Positions 19,130 through 27,599 of a DNA stretch of 64,000 nucleotides are shown piece after piece (within the stretch, counting starts at the first letter, position 1; each line of letters begins with the position of its first letter). This DNA comes from an uncultured Nitrospirales bacterium. Lineage in GTDB: Bacteria > UBA10199 > JADGCS01. The position numbers and the translations under genes were made by a program. The stretch spans positions 7,341 through 71,340 of the forward strand of contig CAZGMS010000072.1 of assembly GCA_964526915.1 (NCBI GenBank), read 5' to 3'. Below the pieces are notes generated by a model. The model ran no database searches. It worked only from the letters and a program-made list of their open reading frames with translations, and was not told the DNA's origin.

Positions 19130-20005
19130 CTACCCCAGAACAATACTATTTTTTCTTGGATCGTAGCAACATCCCATCCGCAGGCTGACAATGCGCACAC
19201 CGCTTGCCCTTTGTGGCCCAATTTCTACAAATGAATTTAATGCCGTAATGCTACCCCCAATCCCCAGCGGCCCACAAAAAGTATTGTTCAGTGTTGCCGT
19301 AATCAATGCTTCAATCTCGTTTTCGTTTCCAAAAGTCTTGTTTGCCATAGCATCGAGCATGAGGCAAGTCGCTTCATAATGTGTTCTTCCTATCCCAACA
19401 GCAGGAACGCAGGGTGTACATCCAAGCAAACCTACCATTTCTACTGCCCAACCGGCAATTTCCGTGCTGATTCGAGAAGAATCGTGGTGGTGAAATACTC
19501 TATAGGTGCGGGATCGTATTTCCGGCCCCCCTCCAAGCATCATCACAGTCAAACGAAGCTGACTGCCTTTGATTGTTTTCATTCTAATCGGGGCAGATGT
19601 CAACATTCCCGAATCTTCGTAAAGCCCCTTTGTTTGTACGAGCCTTTCCATATCATTGCCACACACAGCCATCGGACGGCCTGGTAAAGCTCGCAAACCT
19701 GCTACAATACCATTATCGACAATTTCTAAAAGTTTTCCAACATTGCCTTCAATGTCAGCCTCATCACCTACCTCAAGCAAAACATGGGGCACCCCTGTAT
19801 CGTTGCATAAAGGTAATTTGTTTTTTTCTGCGACGATCGCATTTTCTAATATCATCTCAAGAATCCACTTCGCTTTCTGCTCTGTTTCCCTCGCAATGGC
19901 ATTCTCATAGGCCAGACGCTGATCATGACGAAAACTTGTGCTCGCTTTTATCAATGCCTCGGCAGACGCTTCTAGAATTTCAGATAGTTTTATTGCCACG
20001 CACAC
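19130..20005 (-). CDS. Fe-S hydro-lyase, tartrate/fumarate subfamily, alpha subunit
   Basis: 291 aa. LPLCNDTGVPHVLLEVG corresponds to the (Q/C)DTG motif of class I fumarase/TtdA. Additional Cys residues are available as cluster ligands. Confidence 0.75.
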   Translation of the reverse strand: MCVAIKLSEILEASAEALIKASTSFRHDQRLAYENAIARETEQKAKWILEMILENAIVAEKNKLPLCNDTGVPHVLLEVGDEADIEGNVGKLLEIVDNGIVAGLRALPGRPMAVCGNDMERLVQTKGLYEDSGMLTSAPIRMKTIKGSQLRLTVMMLGGGPEIRSRTYRVFHHHDSSRISTEIAGWAVEMVGLLGCTPCVPAVGIGRTHYEATCLMLDAMANKTFGNENEIEALITATLNNTFCGPLGIGGSITALNSFVEIGPQRASGVRIVSLRMGCCYDPRKNSIVLG

Positions 20006-20020
20006 CCTTTTTAGTTCTGT

Positions 20021-20551
20021 TCATTTGACATGAAAAATTGATTCCCCGTTGGCCGCGGCTATGATGCCGGGCAAGCCACGAATCGTTAATTCATGCAACG
20101 CTTCCATGCCCTCTTCTTCAAACGCTATCACCCTTTTAGAAATCAATCGACTCTGAAAAAGAGCTGATGTCGGCGGCACAACAATAAAAATGGCCCCATG
20201 TCTGGATATATCTTTGACTGTTTGCTTTTTAAGAACACCTTTTCCGATATGCAACCGAACACCCGCTTCAGACAGAATACCCATCGTTCCTTCGATTTCT
20301 TCTTTATTGCTTGAGGTTGGGCCAAAACCGGCTGGGCTAAAAGCGGCATGCATAAAAGCCGCACCTTCCATGGTAATCGGTAGTTCCGTTATCGTGCCAT
20401 CTTTTATCATTTTAGCAATCTTCGGCAATATGGCATCTCTGGCGGTATAAACCACACCGTGTATTTCCACACGACTACCGACTAGCACATTCGACAAATC
20501 AGTCCTCACAGGTGTTTCAATTTTAAGAAGCAAATTAACACATCCTCTCAT
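20021..20551 (-). CDS. Fe-S hydro-lyase, tartrate/fumarate subfamily, beta subunit
   Basis: 176 aa. GVVYTARDAILPKIAKMIKDG matches the G-x-I-Y-T-x-RDAAH-type motif of class I fumarase C-terminal domain/TtdB. Adjacent to the alpha subunit. Confidence 0.75.
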   Translation of the reverse strand: MRGCVNLLLKIETPVRTDLSNVLVGSRVEIHGVVYTARDAILPKIAKMIKDGTITELPITMEGAAFMHAAFSPAGFGPTSSNKEEIEGTMGILSEAGVRLHIGKGVLKKQTVKDISRHGAIFIVVPPTSALFQSRLISKRVIAFEEEGMEALHELTIRGLPGIIAAANGESIFHVK

Positions 20552-20593
20552 GGCATATTAGGCATCTTGAAAATACAGATTAAAGCACGGCTA

Positions 20594-21736
20594 TTATTTT
20601 AAGATGAGTTTTAAGTAGGTTGCTTCATTTTCAATAACTCCGTATGCTTTTGCCCGACTGATGATTTTTTTCGCCCAGTGTTTGTGTGGGTTTATTTCAT
20701 TCATTTTATTGGCCTTCACACTTTTAACCACACCTCCTGGTGTTTCTAATATTTGTAGGGCATCCTCAAATTCTTCCCTGATCACCGTCTGCATGGCATT
20801 GACATATTTGGCGTGCGAGGGGTGAATGATTGTTTTACCGACAAATCCATTGGCCTTATCAAGAATAACTTCCCTCATCAAGCCATCAACCGCTTCATTT
20901 AAGATCGGACTTCTGGTCAACAAAGAACGATGAATATCATCGGCCAATAAATTATCAAGATTATCCCCTTTGTGCACCAAAAAATACTCCCACACTGGTC
21001 CAGACACCGTGTAGTTATCTTCCTCTCTGCTGAAAAAATTCAACACATCAGACAAACAATCTTTGACTGTCAAGATATCATAAATGGAGTAGTTGATCCC
21101 TCGCCTCACTCCAAACATCGATGAAATATCAGTTCCTCCAATCCTGATATTCAGAACAAGTTTTTTAAAAGGCTCCATCATTGTTCTGATCTGACTCAAC
21201 TCATCAGTTCTCAATTCCTTATACGCTATTGTTTTTCCCTCAAGAATGGGCATGCCATACAAAGAAACTTTTAATTTACTATTCAGAGATTCAAGACAAT
21301 TGAAGTACTCTTGACAATTATGACTACAGAACTTGGGGAACGCAAATCCAGACAAAACGTTAGATTGTTCGCTCGTTAACTTCTCAACAAACCCCTTGAA
21401 TTGCTCTGGATGACGCACGCGCAGAAAGATTAATGGTATTTCATCGTGTGTGATCGCCCCTAAAGCCAAGGCTTCTGCAATTTTGTTCAATTGACTTAAC
21501 ACACTGTTCTCGGCCACTGGCAAGATCATTTCATCAACAGCATCTTCAAAGTCCATGACAATCGATGTTGCCTCAAGCACATCCTTTTTTAATAATTTAT
21601 CAACAATATTTTGCGTGCCCGGCATATAGAGTGTGGCGCCTAGACAATACTGCAACAAATCTTTATCAGTGAATTTGTTAAATTCTATTGGTTCCAAAAA
21701 AAATTGGGTGTTTGGATGATATCTGTGGTGCTTCAT
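20594..21736 (-). CDS. HpcH/HpaI aldolase / citrate lyase beta (CitE)-like lyase, long form
   Basis: 380 aa. Motifs GATLYMPG, IVMDFEDAV, IFLRVRHP and GFVGKTIIHPSHAKYVN parallel the CitE family motifs. Confidence 0.7.
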   Translation of the reverse strand: MKHHRYHPNTQFFLEPIEFNKFTDKDLLQYCLGATLYMPGTQNIVDKLLKKDVLEATSIVMDFEDAVDEMILPVAENSVLSQLNKIAEALALGAITHDEIPLIFLRVRHPEQFKGFVEKLTSEQSNVLSGFAFPKFCSHNCQEYFNCLESLNSKLKVSLYGMPILEGKTIAYKELRTDELSQIRTMMEPFKKLVLNIRIGGTDISSMFGVRRGINYSIYDILTVKDCLSDVLNFFSREEDNYTVSGPVWEYFLVHKGDNLDNLLADDIHRSLLTRSPILNEAVDGLMREVILDKANGFVGKTIIHPSHAKYVNAMQTVIREEFEDALQILETPGGVVKSVKANKMNEINPHKHWAKKIISRAKAYGVIENEATYLKLILK

Positions 21737-21824
21737 TTTTTTATTCCCGTAAAGACCTTGCCAAGACGATAGATTTCGCTTGCCACGCCATATTATTAAT
21801 TTTCAAAACGATGTTCACACAAAA

Positions 21825-22901
21825 TCACAATACAGTGCCATATTTCATGGCTCGATACCTCACACAATAAAAATATAGCGAATAACTGATAAGGATAATG
21901 GTGAAAATAATAATGACTATACTGTTACTAAGTGTTTTAATATAATAAAAAGCCAGTGCGGCCAATATGATAGTCTGCAAATAATAAAAAAGTGTTATCG
22001 ACTTCACCTCCCAACCCATCATGTGAAGCAACTGATACGGATGCATCCTGTGCGCCTGATATATTTTATGCCCCTGACACAGCCGCCAAATGACGGTAAA
22101 CAATGTTTCCATTATAAAATTAGCAAATAAAATGGGCGTGATCAAAAAAGGTGTGTGTGATTGATCATAGTTAGCCGCCAAGATGGCAATGGCACCAAAA
22201 GAAAATCCCAAAAAAGTACTGCCCACATCGCCCATAAATATGGTGCCTTTGGGAAAATTGAATATCAAAAAACCTAAAGCAGCGGCCGCCAACATATAAC
22301 TCACATGAAACACAAAACCACTACCCATCATGAACGTAATCAGTGTAAAACCCAGCCCCACCAGCACAGCCGTACCTGCAGCCAAACCATTGATCCCATC
22401 CATAAAGTTAAAGGCGTTTGTGATGCCCACAATCCATAAAATGGTCAGCGGATAACCCCATATTCCCAACTCTACATTTCCGAAATAAGGAATGGTGAGC
22501 TTTTTGATTGTGAGGCCAAAGGCCATCAGTATGATCACGCCAACAAACTGACTGAGGAACTTATAGGCAAAGGCCTTATTAGTGATGTCATCATACAAAC
22601 TGACAACAGCAATCATGAGAGATGATAAAAACAAACCCCAGTATGGCTTGGCGCCCACAAAATTATCATTCTGCAAAACATAGTAGAGCAAAATGCCTAT
22701 GCAATACGATACGACAATGGCAATTCCTCCACTACGAGGTATAGCACCCGTGTGAGAACTTCTTGCACACGCTGTATCCATGATCCTGACATATTTACGG
22801 CAAAGATATGTAAAGCATGCTGACAAAAATACCAGCATGATAAAAAAAGCGGTATTCGAAACATAAAACATGCTATGATTTTTCAAAAGTTCTGTCAGCA
22901 T
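21825..22901 (-). CDS. Polyprenyl-phosphate HexNAc-1-phosphate transferase (MraY/WecA/WbpL family); initiating enzyme no. 2
   Basis: 358 aa and polytopic. Motifs YDDITNK, NAFNFMDGINGLAAG and IFMGDVGSTFLGF. Confidence 0.9.
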   Translation of the reverse strand: MLTELLKNHSMFYVSNTAFFIMLVFLSACFTYLCRKYVRIMDTACARSSHTGAIPRSGGIAIVVSYCIGILLYYVLQNDNFVGAKPYWGLFLSSLMIAVVSLYDDITNKAFAYKFLSQFVGVIILMAFGLTIKKLTIPYFGNVELGIWGYPLTILWIVGITNAFNFMDGINGLAAGTAVLVGLGFTLITFMMGSGFVFHVSYMLAAAALGFLIFNFPKGTIFMGDVGSTFLGFSFGAIAILAANYDQSHTPFLITPILFANFIMETLFTVIWRLCQGHKIYQAHRMHPYQLLHMMGWEVKSITLFYYLQTIILAALAFYYIKTLSNSIVIIIFTIILISYSLYFYCVRYRAMKYGTVL

Positions 22902-23854
22902 ATCGCCTTATTGTTATACCATGTCACTGTTTCTTTTAGTGCGTCGTTCATAGAGCATGGTGGTTTCCATCCCAACAATCGAGTGGACTTTGATCGGTCA
23001 ATTTCGAGCGAACAACACAATCGTTGATAAAGCCCTTTTTTCCCAAGCAAAAAAGCTCCTCGCCTCACAATCGCCTTATCTATGTTGAAAATACGCGCAG
23101 GTCTGCCCATATTATGAGCAATCATCTTAATCAAGTCGGGAACAGTCACAGATTCCGCATCAGAAGCCAGAAATACATTCCCACCTGCTTTTGCATTTGT
23201 CAGGCAATGCACTATCAAATCGCATAGATTTCCCACACTAATCATGTGGCGCACATTCTGAAAACGCCCCAGAGGAAGCGGAACACCCTTTTGAGCAAGC
23301 CACAACAGCCTGAGAAAATTACCCTTCACACCAGGGCCATAAACCAAAGGTGTACGGATGATCACAACCCCCATTTTCGTTTCGGCCTGAATGCGCAATA
23401 GTGCCTGCTCTGCTTTGAACTTGGACTTGGCATAGGCACCTTCTGGCTTAGGATCATCTTCTTCTGTAAATGGCTTTTCAAAGGTTTCTTCACCATTTAC
23501 TTTTATTGTGCTTAAAAAAACAAACTTTTTTACCCCATGTCCTGCCGCCGCCTGCGCAAATTTTTCTGTAACGACTGCATTAACCAAGTCATATTCATCT
23601 TTATTGTCAGTTTTTTCAATTTCATGAACTTTGGCCGCTAAATGAACAATCACTTCACAGTCTTTTAAATACCGATCCCAGTCATCAACGGCCTGGGCAT
23701 CGGACACTTGGATATAATCCACCACATCGGACAAAGTCGTTTGCCTTTTCGGAAGCCTTCCCATCCCTCTCACCAAAAATCCATTATCAACCAGATGGCG
23801 AGCCAAATGTTGTCCCACAAAACCAGAAATACCTGTCACCAATACCTTTTTCAT
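22895..23854 (-). CDS. NAD-dependent nucleotide-sugar epimerase/dehydratase (SDR, WbjF/WbpK-like)
   Basis: MKKVLVTGISGFVGQHL Rossmann start and YAKSKFKAEQ (YxxxK). The longest ORF (to 23989) adds 45 low-complexity residues. The Met at 23854 gives an ATGA overlap (tcat at 23851-23854). Confidence 0.8.
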   Translation of the reverse strand: MKKVLVTGISGFVGQHLARHLVDNGFLVRGMGRLPKRQTTLSDVVDYIQVSDAQAVDDWDRYLKDCEVIVHLAAKVHEIEKTDNKDEYDLVNAVVTEKFAQAAAGHGVKKFVFLSTIKVNGEETFEKPFTEEDDPKPEGAYAKSKFKAEQALLRIQAETKMGVVIIRTPLVYGPGVKGNFLRLLWLAQKGVPLPLGRFQNVRHMISVGNLCDLIVHCLTNAKAGGNVFLASDAESVTVPDLIKMIAHNMGRPARIFNIDKAIVRRGAFLLGKKGLYQRLCCSLEIDRSKSTRLLGWKPPCSMNDALKETVTWYNNKAIC

Positions 23855-25104
23855 TGCTCTACTACTGCCTGAATTCCTTTTTGACCCAGAACCAGCGGTT
23901 CCAACACAGCGACCATTTTTTTTGCCTGTTCTTCTCGTGTGTGTGTCTTGGCCGCCATCAGACTTTGTTTTGCATATTGAAGTCGCCATTCGTTATTTTC
24001 AAATAAACGCACTACAGCGCAACTCAGAGCAACAGCATCTTCAGGCAAAACACAAACACCAACTTTTTCTGAATCTATAATATGACTGAGCTCTCCCTTT
24101 GGCCCTGCAAATAAAATAGGCAACCCCATACCCATGGCTTCAAAAACCTTCGAAGGGATTACTGTTTCAAAAACAGGAGTGTTTTTTAGGCTCACCAACG
24201 CCACATCACATAAGCTCCAGAATCTTGGCATTTCAGATTTGGGTTGGGCCGCAAGAAACGTCACATTGGTCAGTCCCATCTGTGCTGTTTTTTCCTGCAG
24301 TCCTTTCTTTGTAGCACCATCTCCAACGAACAAAAAATGAATAGACGGTTTATCTTCCATCTTTTTGGCTGTCTCTAAAATTGTTTCCAAAGCATGTGCC
24401 AAACCATGTGTACCCAGATAACCTACAATAAATTTTTGGTTTAGTGAATATTGTTTGAGAAGTTCTTTATCTTTTCCTCTGGGAGAATAGCGACTCAAAT
24501 CCACACCATTGATCACCACTGAAATCTTGTTTTCGGGAATTCTCCTTTTAACCAAATCGTCTTTAAAGGCATTTGTCAACGCCACCACAGCCGCCGCTTT
24601 GTGATACAAAAACAACTCAACTTTTTCGATCATCCGTAAAACAAGTCCTTGTTTCATAGCACCCACCGCGGCGATAGAAGCAGGCCACAAATCACCTAAC
24701 TCAAAGACAAAAGGCACTCTTTTGCAGAATGCCGCCGCCCACCCACCCACTGCTGCAAAAAACTGTGGGGATGTAGCAATGATCAAATCTGGTTTTTTTT
24801 GAAATAAAGCCACCCCAAAAGCCATAAACATATACGATATAAAATCCAGAGTTCTTAAAAGAAAACCTTCGTTTGCAGAAATATATGTTTTCACCCGAAT
24901 GACTCTAATACCTGACATCATTTCTGTCTGATACCATTTGTTTTTATAACCAGCATATACTTTTCCCTGCGGAAAATTGGGGGCACACGAAATAACAGTC
25001 ACTTGGTGACCCCAACGCACCCAATAGCAGGCCCGCTCAAAAACACGCGAGGCAGAAGCGTTGACTTCAGGAGGAAAATTGTCTGAAAAGAAAAGAATGT
25101 TCAT
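23851..25104 (-). CDS. Glycosyltransferase family 4, WbuB-like
   Basis: MNILFFSDNFPPEVNASASRVFE...GHQVTVISCAPNFPQGKVY is typical of the WbuB/WbjE type. C-terminal IPSKVFEAMGMGLPILFAG. The Met at 25104 gives an ATGA overlap. Confidence 0.8.
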   Translation of the reverse strand: MNILFFSDNFPPEVNASASRVFERACYWVRWGHQVTVISCAPNFPQGKVYAGYKNKWYQTEMMSGIRVIRVKTYISANEGFLLRTLDFISYMFMAFGVALFQKKPDLIIATSPQFFAAVGGWAAAFCKRVPFVFELGDLWPASIAAVGAMKQGLVLRMIEKVELFLYHKAAAVVALTNAFKDDLVKRRIPENKISVVINGVDLSRYSPRGKDKELLKQYSLNQKFIVGYLGTHGLAHALETILETAKKMEDKPSIHFLFVGDGATKKGLQEKTAQMGLTNVTFLAAQPKSEMPRFWSLCDVALVSLKNTPVFETVIPSKVFEAMGMGLPILFAGPKGELSHIIDSEKVGVCVLPEDAVALSCAVVRLFENNEWRLQYAKQSLMAAKTHTREEQAKKMVAVLEPLVLGQKGIQAVVEQ

Positions 25105-26225
25105 ACGCCACAAGGCACGCTCACAAAGAGGTGTTTTAGCACATCAACAATGCGTTCTCCAGACTTGCCATCCCACAAATCAGGAATACGGCCTTTTTTC
25201 CACTGCCCAGCGAGTATCTGATCAACGGCATGGATAATACGAGTGGGATCACTCCCCACAATCTCATTGGTCCCCACAGTCACCGTCACAGGGCGCTCAG
25301 TATTCCCTCTCATGGTGATACAGGGAATCCCCAAAACGGTAGTTTCTTCCTGAACACCACCCGAATCAGTCAATACAAATTTGGCGGCCGCGGTGAGCCT
25401 GATCATCTCATGATACGATACAGGCTCCAACTGGTGAATATTTTTCAATTGCTCCCATTGCGGAGCCAAACCAAATTGGTCAATCATCTTGATCGTTCTG
25501 GGATGAACAGGAAAAACAATTTTTATCCGATTCTGAATGTGAGCAAAAGCCTTTAGCAAGCCTTTTAGTACCATGGCATGATCAACATTAGATGGTCTGT
25601 GAAGTGTCATGAGGCAATACTGGCCTTTTTGAATATGGAGTCGTTCCAAAATATCAGATGTTTGGGCCTGAGGAAAATTTCTGAGCAAGGTGTCAATCAT
25701 GACATTGCCCACAAAATATATTTTGTGAGAAGGAACTCCTTCACGTAGCAAATTGTCTTGAGCTTCCTGTTCCGTTACAAAAAAATAATCACTAATGGCA
25801 TCAGTCACCTTGCGATTGATTTCCTCAGGCATTTCATCATCGTAACTCCTGAGCCCCGCTTCGACATGAGCCACTGGAACAGAGAGCTTCTTGGCTGTAA
25901 TTGCACAGGCCATCGTGGAATTAACATCGCCAACAACAAGCACCAAAGCAGGCTTCTGTTTGAGAAGCATCTCTTCAAAACGAACCATGATGTTTGCTGT
26001 CTGTACAGCGTGCGTGCCGGAGCCCACTTCCAGATGAACATCCGGCTGGGGCAGACCCAACTCCTCAAAGAATCGCCCAGACATTCTCTGATCATAGTGC
26101 TGGCCGGTGTGAACCAACAGTGGAGTCATGCCTGTGACGCAAGCTTTCATGGAGGTCACAAGAGAAGCCACTTTCATAAAATTGGGGCGCGCCCCACAAA
26201 CGATCGCAATTTTTTTTGTTATCAC
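25101..26225 (-). CDS. wecB: UDP-N-acetylglucosamine 2-epimerase (non-hydrolysing)
   Basis: 374 aa. IAIVCGARPNFMKVASL and VLTDSGGVQEETTVLGIPCITMRGNTERP. Apparent GTG start in a GTGA overlap with the upstream stop. Confidence 0.85.
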   Translation of the reverse strand: MITKKIAIVCGARPNFMKVASLVTSMKACVTGMTPLLVHTGQHYDQRMSGRFFEELGLPQPDVHLEVGSGTHAVQTANIMVRFEEMLLKQKPALVLVVGDVNSTMACAITAKKLSVPVAHVEAGLRSYDDEMPEEINRKVTDAISDYFFVTEQEAQDNLLREGVPSHKIYFVGNVMIDTLLRNFPQAQTSDILERLHIQKGQYCLMTLHRPSNVDHAMVLKGLLKAFAHIQNRIKIVFPVHPRTIKMIDQFGLAPQWEQLKNIHQLEPVSYHEMIRLTAAAKFVLTDSGGVQEETTVLGIPCITMRGNTERPVTVTVGTNEIVGSDPTRIIHAVDQILAGQWKKGRIPDLWDGKSGERIVDVLKHLFVSVPCGV

Positions 26226-27595
26226 ACAACCACACCTTTCAAAATAATGTCGCCTGGCTTCCTAAACACTTTATCATATAACCAGACCAAAGCTGCCGCA
26301 TCCAAGATTAAAATAGCAAAATACGCCGCAAACATATAACGTTGCTCGTAATGCGTGGGTAAATGAATGGCTATTTTATACAAATACAATAACAACAGAA
26401 TTGATATTTGTCGAAACTCCTTCCGATAAAAAATCAAAGCCAACATGACCAATAAAAACATAACAATAACAATCGCTGTAAAACAAACATGAATAAAAGC
26501 CTTAGCCGTAAATGATTCTGATGTTGCAGCATCTAACAACATCATTGATACTAATCTTTTAAGCAAAACTTTTGCATAATATTCCGGGTGCGCCTTAACG
26601 ACTTGCATGGCATCGTCCATCAAGAGATCCGATGACTCCTTGACCCACCGTGGGCCATCATATCCCAGCTCATGTAATCTCTTTTGACCGGCATCATCAG
26701 AGTTTTCAAAACCATAGGAATTTGGATACTCACCCAACCCTTCCCAAAAGCCTTCCCCTGTATTGGACCAATAATCATAATGCCCTGTGCTTTTTTGATA
26801 CAAAATTGAAAACGGAGCACCAAAGAAAACCACAACAATAAGAAACATCGATACTGAATTAGCAAAACTAACAAACAATGTTTTCTTTTGAAGCAATAAA
26901 TAGACAAAATACACACCTGGCAAAAATATGATGAATGGTCTAAACCAACAAAAAAATGCAATGGATACGCCTGACAAAACAACCCACACAAGAGATCTTT
27001 CACTATGAAATATTTTTAATGAGAAATAAGTTGCTGTAATCATTCCCCACAATTCAAAAACATCACGACTAGCCACAGAGGACAGTAAAATAAATGGTAC
27101 AAATAATATATACAAGACTGAAGAAAGGTATGCTATGGATGAACGCATAAAAATAAGTTCAGCGATCAAAAACACAAGCACAGCCATAAATGAATCAAAG
27201 ATAATTTGAATAATCTGCAGTGGCAGAAAACTTTTTGGAAATATTTTCCAGAAGATCCCAAGAACAATTGCATAACCTGGAACATCTGTTAGAAGCGGGA
27301 AGGTATAATCACTGTTGGTTTTATTGAGAATTGCCTCCCTTTGAAAATAATCCACATTGATTCTCTTTTCCTTCATATTCAAAAGATTTTTGTAGGCCTG
27401 AGAATCTGGATCTTTAGGGCTCTTCCAATCTAATTCTCCGCCTGACTTAAAACCAATTCCATCGGCAATATTGCTTGCAATAGTATATTGTTCGCCCATA
27501 CGACCAGAATCGAAATAGAGATCATGAAAGACAAATAAACCAACAACCCTTACCGCAAGAGCTATGAGAAACAATATAAGTAATGTATTTTTCAT
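26222..27595 (-). CDS. GT-C fold membrane glycosyltransferase (ArnT/PMT_2-like)
   Basis: Polytopic protein of about 457 aa. N-terminus MKNTLLILFLIALAVRVVGLFVF, then a first loop YFDSGRMGEQYTIASNIADG resembling the GT-C Asp/Glu loop. The Met at 27595 avoids overlap with the upstream gene. Confidence 0.55.
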   Translation of the reverse strand: MKNTLLILFLIALAVRVVGLFVFHDLYFDSGRMGEQYTIASNIADGIGFKSGGELDWKSPKDPDSQAYKNLLNMKEKRINVDYFQREAILNKTNSDYTFPLLTDVPGYAIVLGIFWKIFPKSFLPLQIIQIIFDSFMAVLVFLIAELIFMRSSIAYLSSVLYILFVPFILLSSVASRDVFELWGMITATYFSLKIFHSERSLVWVVLSGVSIAFFCWFRPFIIFLPGVYFVYLLLQKKTLFVSFANSVSMFLIVVVFFGAPFSILYQKSTGHYDYWSNTGEGFWEGLGEYPNSYGFENSDDAGQKRLHELGYDGPRWVKESSDLLMDDAMQVVKAHPEYYAKVLLKRLVSMMLLDAATSESFTAKAFIHVCFTAIVIVMFLLVMLALIFYRKEFRQISILLLLYLYKIAIHLPTHYEQRYMFAAYFAILILDAAALVWLYDKVFRKPGDIILKGVVV

Positions 27596-27599
27596 CGTT

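Noticed and set aside
18199-21736. The possibility that the 296-aa unknown protein or the 380-aa CitE/HpcH-like protein is the missing PEP mutase, which would complete a phosphonate pathway with the Ppd-like decarboxylase.
   Set aside because: Neither shows the PEP mutase/isocitrate-lyase-type N-terminal and active-site motifs as I recall them. The 380-aa protein carries CitE-type motifs instead. This is left as an open question, not a call.
23855-23989. N-terminal extensions of the longest ORFs (22895-23989, 4592-5833, 23851-25113, 26222-27625, 27600-28766, 30318-31292, 34813-37020, 44497-45681).
   Set aside because: The extensions overlap the upstream gene by 12-140 nt and add non-conserved residues ahead of canonical N-terminal motifs. 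Internal Met codons give ATGA overlaps or short spacers, so the shorter starts were used.
23851-26225. An L-FucNAc (FnlABC/WbjBCD) pathway, suggested by the 2-epimerase + WbuB-like GT + epimerase + WbpL-like gene order.
   Set aside because: No FnlA/WbjB or FnlB/WbjC homologues precede the 2-epimerase; a GT-C gene is there instead. The epimerase is therefore called generically as WecB-type.
25758-26339. Long plus-strand ORFs (for example 25758-26339 at 193 aa, 40240-40779 at 179 aa, 3441-3977 at 178 aa, 35710-36276 at 188 aa) and all other plus-strand ORFs in the track.
   Set aside because: Each lies entirely antisense to a longer minus-strand ORF that has clear family motifs. Their translations are low-complexity with no recognisable motifs. 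They are shadow ORFs.
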